Assembly (NCBI GenBank): GCA_002308875.1
Contig: DBWK01000063.1
Coordinates: forward strand, 42,495-89,128
Reading direction: 5' to 3'
Length of the DNA stretch: 46,634 nt
Source: Treponema sp. UBA1240
GTDB lineage: Bacteria; Spirochaetota; Spirochaetia; Treponematales; Treponemataceae
The notes under the pieces are model-generated. The model made no database searches. It was given only the letters and a program-made list of their open reading frames with translations, and was not told the origin of the DNA. Shown here in pieces: positions 17,583-26,002 of the stretch (position 1 is the first letter of the stretch; each line of letters opens with the position of its first letter). The position numbers were made by a program, and so were the translations under genes.

Positions 17583-18662
17583 TTAGTTTTTAAACGGTTT
17601 TGTGGAATTGGGTTTTCCCGGACTTATTGTACCGGTTGCGGTTAAAAGCCAGTCGTTTTTGTCCGCTTTTCCTGCCGTCATAAGGTTACCCTGCCTTGAA
17701 ATACTCCTAGTTGTGGTAATATTTGCGGTTGATACGGCGGAACTTATATCGGCAGACCCTTTCCATGCTCCATCCTTTACCGCCCTGTTTGCGGCAATAA
17801 CTTCCGTATTTTTGGGCCATGAGTCCTTTTTTTGTTCACTCAAAAAGAGAGCATCCATAACTTTCCCGTTTTTCCGTTCTTCCAGTAGTATTACGTCAGT
17901 TTTACCCAGTCTTGCCGAATTGTTATTGACCCACAAATCCCTTGCTGTGTCTGATGACCAGTTTCCACCAGAAAGTGTAAGATCATCTTCCAGTTCATCC
18001 AGACAAACATTTTCAAGTTTGCGCATGTGCAGTGTAATATATTCTCCTGCCTGAACTTCCACTGCGGGAAATTCGTAGCGGCATGTTTCTCCGTCATAGG
18101 CACTGTACAGGCACATTCCTGCAAGATTTCCCGATGTCTGTGCAAAAAGTTCCACAAATTCAGCACTGTTAGGTGTTCCTGATTTTCCGCTTTTCATGTC
18201 GGTTTGTATTTCGCTTAGGATTAAGTCGGGCATACGGTCGTTGTATGCCGCAAAAACGGAATTGAACGTTAAGGCGTTACCTCCATTATCAGTAACAGAA
18301 CCTTGAATACCGTAATATTTGCCCAGTTCTGTTTCTTCTTCAAGAACAACGGAAAGTTCACTTTTGTTTTCCTTTGAAAAAGAAAGAGGCATCTCGGTTT
18401 CAAACGAGGTAAGAAAAGCATTTTCATTAATCTGTTGTTCTATTTCCCCGACCTGAACAGCGACAGGAGTTATTTCCTTTGAAAAACCAAGCTTAAGGGT
18501 TTTGCCATCCAAAACGTCTATTGAAACAAGTTTTGGAGGTGAAAAATCTCCGCTGATAAAATCGGTTGTTTCCGTCCCCTCTGCGGAATTTGTGTTACAG
18601 GAAAGCAGTGCTGGAATAATCATAAACAGTGCTGCTATCTGCCCTAGATTTAGTGTTTTCAT
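17583..18662 (-). CDS. lipoprotein with a lamin-tail-domain (LTD)-like segment
   Basis: 359 aa with signal peptide and lipobox (..IIPALLSC). ..DLILSEIQTD..NSAEFVELFAQTSGNLAGMCLYS.. resembles the LTD core. AAGGAGA upstream. Confidence 0.5.
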   Translation of the reverse strand: MKTLNLGQIAALFMIIPALLSCNTNSAEGTETTDFISGDFSPPKLVSIDVLDGKTLKLGFSKEITPVAVQVGEIEQQINENAFLTSFETEMPLSFSKENKSELSVVLEEETELGKYYGIQGSVTDNGGNALTFNSVFAAYNDRMPDLILSEIQTDMKSGKSGTPNSAEFVELFAQTSGNLAGMCLYSAYDGETCRYEFPAVEVQAGEYITLHMRKLENVCLDELEDDLTLSGGNWSSDTARDLWVNNNSARLGKTDVILLEERKNGKVMDALFLSEQKKDSWPKNTEVIAANRAVKDGAWKGSADISSAVSTANITTTRSISRQGNLMTAGKADKNDWLLTATGTISPGKPNSTKPFKN

Positions 18663-18842
18663 TTTTTTTCTCCTTGTTTTTTTGATAAACTTTTAAGCCG
18701 ACGGCTTTTTTGTCTTTACATCTTTTATTGCGAAAAAAAGTTGATTTCTGACATTTTGGCGAAAAAAAAATGAAAAAATTTTTGAAACAAAGCGACAGTA
18801 GACAATAAGTTTTTTTTTTAATATTCTACAAAAGAGGAAACA

Positions 18843-19445
18843 ATGAAAACAAATACTATATTTTGTGAAGATGAAAATGCCAAAAAAAATCCTGAAAATG
18901 AAAATGCCGAAGCTTTGAGTGCAAAGTTTTTAAAAACAAGGCAGATTATTCTTTCCGGTGAAATAAACAAGGAACTTGCAGAAAAAGTCGTTCGCCAGTT
19001 GTTAGTACTGGAAGCTGATTCTTCAGACCCGATACGCCTGTACATTGATTCTCCCGGAGGAGATGCGGATGCAGGTTTTTCAATTTTTGACATGATACGC
19101 TTCATAAATGCACCTGTTTACACAATCGGAATTGGTCTTGTGGCAAGCGCTGCTGCGATTGTTTTACTTGCGTCACCAAAAGAACGTCGTTTTGCGTTCC
19201 CTAACAGCCGTTATCTGATACATCAGCCGTTGAGCGGAATACGCGGTGTTGCTACGGAGATTGAAATCCATGCGCAGGAACTGGAAAAAATGCGTGTAAA
19301 GATTAATGAACTGATTTCGCAGGAATCGGGAAAACCCGTTGAAAAAGTTCAGAAGGACACAGACAGGGACTTTTGGATGAATGCGGAAGAAGCGAAAGAG
19401 TATGGCCTTGTTAATGCGGTAATTACCAAAAGAGCAGAAATGTAA
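18843..19445 (+). CDS. clpP: ATP-dependent Clp protease proteolytic subunit
   Basis: 200 aa. ..LYIDSPGGDADAGFSIFD.., Ser in GLVASAAA, His in YLIHQP and Asp in TDRDFWM give an intact triad. AGAGGA upstream. Confidence 0.9.
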   Translation: MKTNTIFCEDENAKKNPENENAEALSAKFLKTRQIILSGEINKELAEKVVRQLLVLEADSSDPIRLYIDSPGGDADAGFSIFDMIRFINAPVYTIGIGLVASAAAIVLLASPKERRFAFPNSRYLIHQPLSGIRGVATEIEIHAQELEKMRVKINELISQESGKPVEKVQKDTDRDFWMNAEEAKEYGLVNAVITKRAEM

Positions 19446-19483
19446 ATTGATGTAAACAAAAAAATGTGATATTATGATATATC

Positions 19484-20383
19484 ATGGAATTTGAATTAAC
19501 TTCCGAACTAATAAACGAAATCGTGTTTTCTATGGAAGATCAGAACGAATTCTATTTATTAGATTCATGCGGACCGGTTTTGTTAAAAAAAACGGAAGTA
19601 TCAAATCCTGATTCTGACCGCTATTACAGTTTGCCGGTCTGGGATTCAATCAGCGGATTCAAGTTGATGGAACAGTTTGTAACTGCCCTGAAGAATGCGT
19701 TGGTTGCGGATAAATTGCGGAACATACTTTCTGCGGGGAAAGGCGTTTTCCGTAATTTTAAAAATGTTCTTAAAGAATATCCTGAAATTGAAAAACAATG
19801 GTTTTCTTTTAAAGAACAAAAAATGAAACAAGTTATTTTATCTTGGTACAATGACCTTCGGGATTTTTGGGGGCTTGAGCATTTGGGCTTCGAACCGGAG
19901 GAAAACTCTGAACTTGTTCAGGATGATTTTGTTTTCAGGTCATTTCAAGAGGCTGACAGAAACACATTGCGCGCTTCCGTTGATTCCGCAGTCAGGGATA
20001 TAAACGAGAATTATAAGGGAGAATCCGGCAGTGTTTTGGCATTATTATGGGAAAAACAGCGAGAATTTGAAAATGACAAAAAAAGCGTCATTTTGATTTG
20101 TGAGTCAGTTTCAGAAGATTTTGTGGGTTTTGCGGCGGCATCTTATTTTGATGAAAAAGGAGACTGTCGTCAGGCTGTTTTGGTAACAAGTTTTTTGATT
20201 CTCCCGCAGTTCAGAGGTTTGGGCCTTGGAACGGAACTTCTGAGGAAAACTCTTCAGGAATTAAAAGAGAAGGATGTTAAAAAAGTTTTTTTTACTGACC
20301 TTCTTATTCCTGATTTCTTTTATTCAGTATTAGTACGGGAAGGTTTTTCAAGAATAGGTTCAATTTTTTTTATTGATTTATAA
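19484..20383 (+). CDS. two-domain protein: UPF0158-like N-terminal domain fused to a GNAT N-acetyltransferase
   Basis: 299 aa. The N-terminal part (..YSLPVWDS..GKGVFRNFKNVLKEYPEIEKQWFSF..) resembles my recollection of UPF0158. The C-terminal part has the acetyl-CoA motif ILPQFRGLGLGTELL. Confidence 0.55.
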   Translation: MEFELTSELINEIVFSMEDQNEFYLLDSCGPVLLKKTEVSNPDSDRYYSLPVWDSISGFKLMEQFVTALKNALVADKLRNILSAGKGVFRNFKNVLKEYPEIEKQWFSFKEQKMKQVILSWYNDLRDFWGLEHLGFEPEENSELVQDDFVFRSFQEADRNTLRASVDSAVRDINENYKGESGSVLALLWEKQREFENDKKSVILICESVSEDFVGFAAASYFDEKGDCRQAVLVTSFLILPQFRGLGLGTELLRKTLQELKEKDVKKVFFTDLLIPDFFYSVLVREGFSRIGSIFFIDL

Positions 20384-20459
20384 AAAAAATGAGAGTATTT
20401 TTAATAAGAAGCTTTTTTATTTTGTAAGTTTTCTTAATTAGTTTGAAAGGAGTTTGGAA

Positions 20460-21131
20460 GTGTCATTAAAAAAAGAATTTTCATTTAATGCTGAACAGAT
20501 TTCGGCAATTTTGCAGGAAGCGGTAAGAAAAGTCAAAACGGAAGAAGATCCTTATGAATTGACTGAATTAAAAAAGATATTCAAAAAAAATGTTCCCCTT
20601 AATTTGCGATCTTATGTTGCAGGATATTTTGCAAAACAGCTTTCTTCAAATTATCATGGTGGTTATCAACGTCGGGATCGTTATTCACGTCGTCCGAGAT
20701 ATGATGAAATTCCTCAGAATCGTATGCGCGATCATAGCGGTGAAACAACAATCGGAACAAAACCACCTGTAGCTCGTGCAGAAATTGCAGAAGAATACGC
20801 TGCTACTGTTTTTGTAAGCATCGGACGCAACCGCCATGTTTATCCGCGTGATTTGGTCGCTCTCATTTCACAGGCTGGTGGTGTTCCTCGTGAGCGTATC
20901 GGCGAAATCCGTGTTTTGGACAATTATTCCTTTGTTCAGTTGTTCGCCGAGGATGCAAACGGTGTAATTTCTCTGCTTGACGGCTATGAGTACCGAGGAC
21001 GAAGGCTTAGTGTAAGCTATTCCCGCAAAAAAAGTGATGCAAAACCGGTAGAAAGCAATGAAGAACTTCCCGTTGATTCCGGGTATGAGGAATCTATGCA
21101 CACTGAAGCAGGTCAGTCGGAAGAAATCTAA
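20460..21131 (+). CDS. stand-alone DbpA-type RNA-binding domain protein
   Basis: The ORF track starts at TTG 20454. GTG 20460 sits 7 nt after AAGGAG. There is an Arg/Tyr-rich linker (YHGGYQRRDRYSRRPRYDE). The C-terminus (..VFVSIGRNRHVYPRDLVALISQAGGVPRERIGEIRVLDNYSFVQL..) matches the DbpA/YxiN RBD. Confidence 0.6.
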   Translation: MSLKKEFSFNAEQISAILQEAVRKVKTEEDPYELTELKKIFKKNVPLNLRSYVAGYFAKQLSSNYHGGYQRRDRYSRRPRYDEIPQNRMRDHSGETTIGTKPPVARAEIAEEYAATVFVSIGRNRHVYPRDLVALISQAGGVPRERIGEIRVLDNYSFVQLFAEDANGVISLLDGYEYRGRRLSVSYSRKKSDAKPVESNEELPVDSGYEESMHTEAGQSEEI

Positions 21132-21235
21132 TCCGCAGATTATAAAAAGTCAGGGCTGTTTAAAATGCGGGTAAAACCTTGCCTTTTCGAACAGTCCTGA
21201 TGGCACTAATTCCCTTTCAAAAATAAATCTCCGCA

Positions 21236-21264
21236 TTGCCCTTATTAAAAAAAAGAAGTATATT
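21236..21264 (+). promoter_or_regulatory. candidate promoter placing the transcription start on the COG0523 ATG (leaderless)
   Basis: TTGCCC (21236-21241), N17, TATATT (21259-21264), then 6 nt and the ATG (21271). There is no Shine-Dalgarno sequence. Confidence 0.4.
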
Positions 21265-21270
21265 TATTGC

Positions 21271-22497
21271 ATGAAAAACAAACTTATTCCTGTTACTCTG
21301 CTTACCGGTTATCTGGGAGCAGGTAAAACCACACTTTTAAATTATATTCTGAACAATCAGAAAGGCTATAAGGTCGCTGTTATTGTCAACGATATTGGAG
21401 AAGTTAATATTGACGCTAGTCTTATAGAAAAGGGTGCAGGCATTGTTGAAGAAGACAAGGGTTCTGTTGTTCCGCTCCAAAACGGCTGTATCTGTTGTAA
21501 TCTTAAAACGGATTTGATGAATCAGATAATTTCTCTGGCTAATCAGAACAAATATGATTATATTCTGATTGAAGCAAGTGGAATATGTGAACCTATGCCG
21601 ATTGCCCAGACAATCGAAATGCTTTCCGGTAATACTGGTGACAGGGGAATCCCTGTTGTATGCAAACTGGATAATATTGTTGCTGTCGTTGATGCACTGC
21701 GGCTTGTTGATGAGTTTGGCAGCGGAAACTCCCTGCTCAAAAAAGATCTTGAAGAACACGACATAGAAGCACTTCTCATTCAGCAGATAGAGTTCTGTAA
21801 TACAATCCTTCTTAACAAAACCGATTTAGTAACACCAGAGCAGCTGGTTGAAGTTAAGGCCGTAATAAGAAAACTTCAGCCGTCCGCTAAAATTATTGAA
21901 ACTCAGAAAGCTGTTGTTGATCTTAAGGAAGTTCTCGGTACTGGTGCTTTTGACTTTGAAAAAGTTTACTCAACGGCAGGTTGGATAAAAGAGCTTGAAG
22001 AACATGATGAAGATGATGATGACGACGAGCACGAAGAACACCACCATGAACATGATGAACATCATGAGCATCACGAACACCATCATCACGACCATGAACA
22101 CGGTGAACATAACCATGTTGACGAATTTGGTATAAGCACATTTGTTTATCAGGTAAGACGTCCGTTCGACAGAATGAAACTTGAAAACTTCGCCTCCAAC
22201 TGGCCTGCAACTGTAATCAGATCTAAAGGCATTGTTTGGTTCAGTGATGACAATGATGCCGCCTATGTTTTGGAACAGGCGGGAAAGCAGATAACTGCAG
22301 GCTATTCCGGCGATTGGATGGCTACAGCTCCCAAAGCACAAATTAAGCGTGCGCTGGCTTCTGATCCTGAGTTTGCCAAAAACTGGGACGAAAAATACGG
22401 TGACCGCATGGTAAAACTTGTATTTATCGGTCGCAATATGGACAAGAAAAAAATTGTTTCAGATTTGGATGCCTGCACAGTAGAGCCCGCCCTATAG
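21271..22497 (+). CDS. COG0523/CobW-family G3E GTPase (putative zinc metallochaperone)
   Basis: 408 aa with Walker A GYLGAGKTTLLN, the metal motif NGCICCNL (CxCC), NKTD, and a His-rich insert before the CobW C-terminal domain. Confidence 0.85.
   Translation: MKNKLIPVTLLTGYLGAGKTTLLNYILNNQKGYKVAVIVNDIGEVNIDASLIEKGAGIVEEDKGSVVPLQNGCICCNLKTDLMNQIISLANQNKYDYILIEASGICEPMPIAQTIEMLSGNTGDRGIPVVCKLDNIVAVVDALRLVDEFGSGNSLLKKDLEEHDIEALLIQQIEFCNTILLNKTDLVTPEQLVEVKAVIRKLQPSAKIIETQKAVVDLKEVLGTGAFDFEKVYSTAGWIKELEEHDEDDDDDEHEEHHHEHDEHHEHHEHHHHDHEHGEHNHVDEFGISTFVYQVRRPFDRMKLENFASNWPATVIRSKGIVWFSDDNDAAYVLEQAGKQITAGYSGDWMATAPKAQIKRALASDPEFAKNWDEKYGDRMVKLVFIGRNMDKKKIVSDLDACTVEPAL
22003..22116 (+). repeat. low-complexity His/Asp/Glu-coding tract inside the COG0523 gene
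   Basis: 38 codons, HDEDDDDDEHEEHHHEHDEHHEHHEHHHHDHEHGEHNH, with 18 His by my count. Confidence 0.9.
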
Positions 22498-22524
22498 GTG
22501 TTTTTTCGGCAGGAGATTATCAGT

Positions 22525-24459
22525 ATGCTGACAGTAAATTCCATTGTCCTGTATAAAAATCTCCCGGCTGTTGTAAAGGAATGCGGCGAAAAATATACCA
22601 TAGCTTTTTCTGTAAAATCCGGTAAAAAAACAGAAATAAAAACGCAGACCGTCCGCGAAAAAGATGTTGTGGTGTTGTTTACAAATTCATCTGATGTTTT
22701 GGATTGTGAACAACTGTATGAGATAGAACGGAAAATTTCGGAACAAAAGTCACGGCTGGATGATTCTACAAAGGAAGTATACCAGTTATTTGAAGCCGAT
22801 GAGACTCAAAGCCCTGTAGACTTCTCCGAACTATGCGAACTCGTGTACGGTTCGTTTACAGCGGTTGAAAGCTGGGCACTTTATTCATATTTTCATACAT
22901 CACCTTTTTTTAAGGAAGATTTGTCTTCCGGACAAATTTCCTATTCACTGCGTTCTAAAGATGAAATTGATTCGCTTATTGCAAAGCAGATAGAAAAAAG
23001 CAATGAACAGGAAAACCGAACCGCTTTTATCAGCCGCCTAAAGTCAAAAAAAATACAACTTCCTGATGATGCAAAATATATGCAGGAAATTGAAGCTTTT
23101 GCACTTGGAAAAACTGATAAATCAAAAAACATGAAAGACGCCGGATATTCCGAAACTCAGGAAAATGCGCACAAGCTTTTAATCGACACAAAATTTTGGA
23201 CGCCATACCGAAATCCTTATCCTGCAAGAGCGGGACTTTCCATGCAGTCTGCCGGAGAAACGCTTTCTCATCCGCCGGAGGAGGAGCGCGTACGCATCCA
23301 GCATGTGGCACTTGCAATCGACAATGAGTGGAGTAGGGATCCCGATGATGCCGTGTTTTATGACGGTACATTTTTGTGGGTTCATATCGCAGATCCTGCA
23401 AGTACTGTTTTACCTGATACAAAAATTGACCTTGCAGCACGGAATCGTGGTGCTACACTTTATATTCCCGAATGTGCGGCAAGAATGTTGAGTGAAGATT
23501 CTCTGGAAGATTATGCGCTTGGTCTTGTGGAAGAAACAGATGCTGAGGCGTATTCAAAAGCTTTATCATTCAGACTGTCTTTGGATGAAAACGGTTCTGT
23601 CGTTGATACTGCTGTACTAAAAACAGAGGTTCGTGTCAGGCGCCTGACTTACGAACAGGCCGATGAAATGTGTACCGAACCTGAGCTTTCGCCACTTTTC
23701 AGCATAGCGGATAAAAACATTGAACGCAGAAAAAAGGCAGGTGCTGTGTTTATTTCGTTGCCGGAAGTTCATATTTCTGTTTCAGTTGAAAAAGATGCGA
23801 TGGCACCAAAGATTACGGTAGAACCTTTAAAGGAGAACCAATCCGCTGTTATGGTACGCGAAATGATGCTTTTGGCGGGCGAGGGCGCTGCAAAGTTTGC
23901 TTTTAAAAACCAAATCCCAATTCCTTTTATTTCACAGGATGCTCCCGAGCTTCCCAAGGATTTGCCGCCCGGTCTGGCGGGTCAGTATAAGCTCCGCCGT
24001 TCTATGCGAGCCCGCTCTGTGGGAACTGTTCCGTCCGCACATGCCGGTTTGGGGCTGGGCATGTATACGCAGGTTACAAGTCCTTTGCGCAGATATTCGG
24101 ACTTGTTGACGCACCAGCAGCTGCGCGCATATATAGACAAAAAACCGATGCTTTCAAAAGAGCAGGTTTTAGAACGGATTTCTGCAGGAGATGCGGCGGC
24201 AGGTGTTGTGTCCAAGGTACAGCGGAAAAGCGAACTGCACTGGATTTTGTGCTTTTTGCTGCAAAATCCCGGGTGGGTGGGTAACGGCGTTATAGTGGAA
24301 TTGAAAGGTAATAGTGCCGTTGTTTTTATTCCCAGTCTTGGACAGGAAACACAAATAGCTCTAAAAGCAAAACAAGAGCTTAATTCGGAAGTTCGCCTTA
24401 AAGCCGGCAAAGTTGACATTCCAAAGCAGACGGTAACGTTTGTTCAAATCCCTGACTAA
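22525..24459 (+). CDS. RNB-domain 3'-5' exoribonuclease (RNase II/R family)
   Basis: The ORF track starts at GTG 22498. I prefer ATG 22525, which lies after AGGAG. Catalytic ..AIDNEWSRDPDDAVF.., ..YTQVTSPLRRYSDLLTHQQL.., and a C-terminal S1-like barrel are present. Confidence 0.8.
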   Translation: MLTVNSIVLYKNLPAVVKECGEKYTIAFSVKSGKKTEIKTQTVREKDVVVLFTNSSDVLDCEQLYEIERKISEQKSRLDDSTKEVYQLFEADETQSPVDFSELCELVYGSFTAVESWALYSYFHTSPFFKEDLSSGQISYSLRSKDEIDSLIAKQIEKSNEQENRTAFISRLKSKKIQLPDDAKYMQEIEAFALGKTDKSKNMKDAGYSETQENAHKLLIDTKFWTPYRNPYPARAGLSMQSAGETLSHPPEEERVRIQHVALAIDNEWSRDPDDAVFYDGTFLWVHIADPASTVLPDTKIDLAARNRGATLYIPECAARMLSEDSLEDYALGLVEETDAEAYSKALSFRLSLDENGSVVDTAVLKTEVRVRRLTYEQADEMCTEPELSPLFSIADKNIERRKKAGAVFISLPEVHISVSVEKDAMAPKITVEPLKENQSAVMVREMMLLAGEGAAKFAFKNQIPIPFISQDAPELPKDLPPGLAGQYKLRRSMRARSVGTVPSAHAGLGLGMYTQVTSPLRRYSDLLTHQQLRAYIDKKPMLSKEQVLERISAGDAAAGVVSKVQRKSELHWILCFLLQNPGWVGNGVIVELKGNSAVVFIPSLGQETQIALKAKQELNSEVRLKAGKVDIPKQTVTFVQIPD

Positions 24460-24523
24460 TCTGATTTTTGCACATAAGACAAAATTTGTTGTGAAAATGA
24501 GTATACTGGTGTAAACTTCTCTT

Positions 24524-26002
24524 ATGGATTTATCTACATTATACGGCAACACAGTTCCTTCTTCAGTAAAAAAACAGGCGGAAAAACAATTCAACAAATT
24601 TGCCAAAAAATTTTCCTATGACCCGAACTCATATCCAAATCTTGCAGGCTATGCTATAGGTTCAGGCTATGACGATTTTGCAATGAAAACAGTTCTTGAA
24701 AATTCCTATGATCCTGAAAAGGCAGAACCTATTTCTACTGAAAAATCGATTATGATTGGTACAATCCGAATGGGCTTTGGGCACTGCCGTATGGCGATTG
24801 CACTGGCTTCAGCCGCAAAGGCTCTCGGATATACGCCGTATTGGATGGATTTGTTGTCGTATCCCGACAGTGCGGGAACAAAAACTATACGTTATCTTGA
24901 AAAGCTTTACAATCTGGGTTCGCGTATTTCGCAACGCTCAAGATTTTTCAACAAATACATCTGGGAATATATCACTTCAGCTGCAGGTCAGCGGCTTACA
25001 CACACTGTAAAAGAAAAGGCTCTTTCAAAGATATTTTCACCACTTTATACAACTGTTCCAAAGGATATTCCGTTTTTGTCCACACATCCTTGGGTAGGTC
25101 ACGGTGCAGTTGAAGCGGGCTTAAAAAATGTTGTTACCATAATTCCCGACAATTTTCCGCTGGCGTTTCATGTTGTTCCCGGAAGTACGCATGCCGTTCA
25201 GTCGCCGTCCGCATATATGGGGTATAGGACGTTTATTGCAATGGGAACAACGATGAATCTCGATTACTGTATGCCCAAGGAAGACATTTTTGAATGCGGA
25301 CATTATATTGACCACGAAATTGTATCGAATGTTGAAACTGACTGTGAGCAACGTTTGCGCCGTGTTCACAGTGGTGAAACGCGTCGTTTCCTGCTTACAA
25401 TGGGAGGCGCAGGCGCTCAGGTTATGCGCTTTGCGGATATTATACGTACAAGCCGAAAAGCGATAGAAGAAAACGAAGCAGCTTTTTTTATAAACATGGG
25501 TGATCATGTTGGAAGATGGAAAGATTTGAAAAAAATCTTTGACAAGGAAAAAATCGTGTACGAATTAATCACGGACTGGAAAGAAACCCGCAAATTCATT
25601 GAAGAAAAAAGAACTAATGAAGTTCGAGGTATATATGTCTTTTTACATGATAACTTTTATGCGGCTGTTTATACAACGAATCTACTTATCCGCATAAGTG
25701 ACGTGATGATTACAAAGCCAAGTGAACTTTCATTTTATCCCATTCCAAAGCTTTTTATTCAAAGAGTTGGCAGACACGAAGCATGGGGCGCTATCCGCGG
25801 TTCAGAAATCGGCGACGGAACAATAGAAACTGCAAGCATAACAAGTATGCACCGAACGTTAAAGCTCCTAATTGAGGAAGATGATTTGCTTGAATTGTAC
25901 TGCCGCCATATTATTCAGAACAAAAAAGACGGAATTTATGACGGTGCCTATAACGCTGTGCGAAAAGCCGTAGAGTTACGGAACAAGCATAAATCCATGT
26001 AA
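24524..26002 (+). CDS. GT-B glycosyltransferase, MGDG-synthase/UgtP-like (putative diacylglycerol glycosyltransferase)
   Basis: 492 aa. ..IGTIRMGFGHCRMAIALA.. compares with UgtP YGNGH. ..LLTMGGAGAQ.. and ..VMITKPSELSFYPIPKLF..RHEAWGA.. compare with ITKPGG..PGQE..NA. Assigned by motif resemblance only. Confidence 0.45.
   Translation: MDLSTLYGNTVPSSVKKQAEKQFNKFAKKFSYDPNSYPNLAGYAIGSGYDDFAMKTVLENSYDPEKAEPISTEKSIMIGTIRMGFGHCRMAIALASAAKALGYTPYWMDLLSYPDSAGTKTIRYLEKLYNLGSRISQRSRFFNKYIWEYITSAAGQRLTHTVKEKALSKIFSPLYTTVPKDIPFLSTHPWVGHGAVEAGLKNVVTIIPDNFPLAFHVVPGSTHAVQSPSAYMGYRTFIAMGTTMNLDYCMPKEDIFECGHYIDHEIVSNVETDCEQRLRRVHSGETRRFLLTMGGAGAQVMRFADIIRTSRKAIEENEAAFFINMGDHVGRWKDLKKIFDKEKIVYELITDWKETRKFIEEKRTNEVRGIYVFLHDNFYAAVYTTNLLIRISDVMITKPSELSFYPIPKLFIQRVGRHEAWGAIRGSEIGDGTIETASITSMHRTLKLLIEEDDLLELYCRHIIQNKKDGIYDGAYNAVRKAVELRNKHKSM

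Noticed and set aside
18810-18819. T10 homopolymer between a TAGACA -35-like box and TAATAT/TATTCT -10-like boxes upstream of clpP; a possible phase-variable spacer.
   Set aside because: Several alternative hexamer pairings exist and A/T runs of 8-10 are common throughout this AT-rich sequence. There is no evidence of length variation from a single sequence.
21149-21201. Long hairpin after the DbpA-RBD gene, with an 11-12 bp stem (21151-21160/21190-21199, one G-U pair) and a 29-nt loop; considered as a terminator or riboswitch.
   Set aside because: There is no T-tract after the stem, the loop is too large for an intrinsic terminator, and I recognise no riboswitch core.
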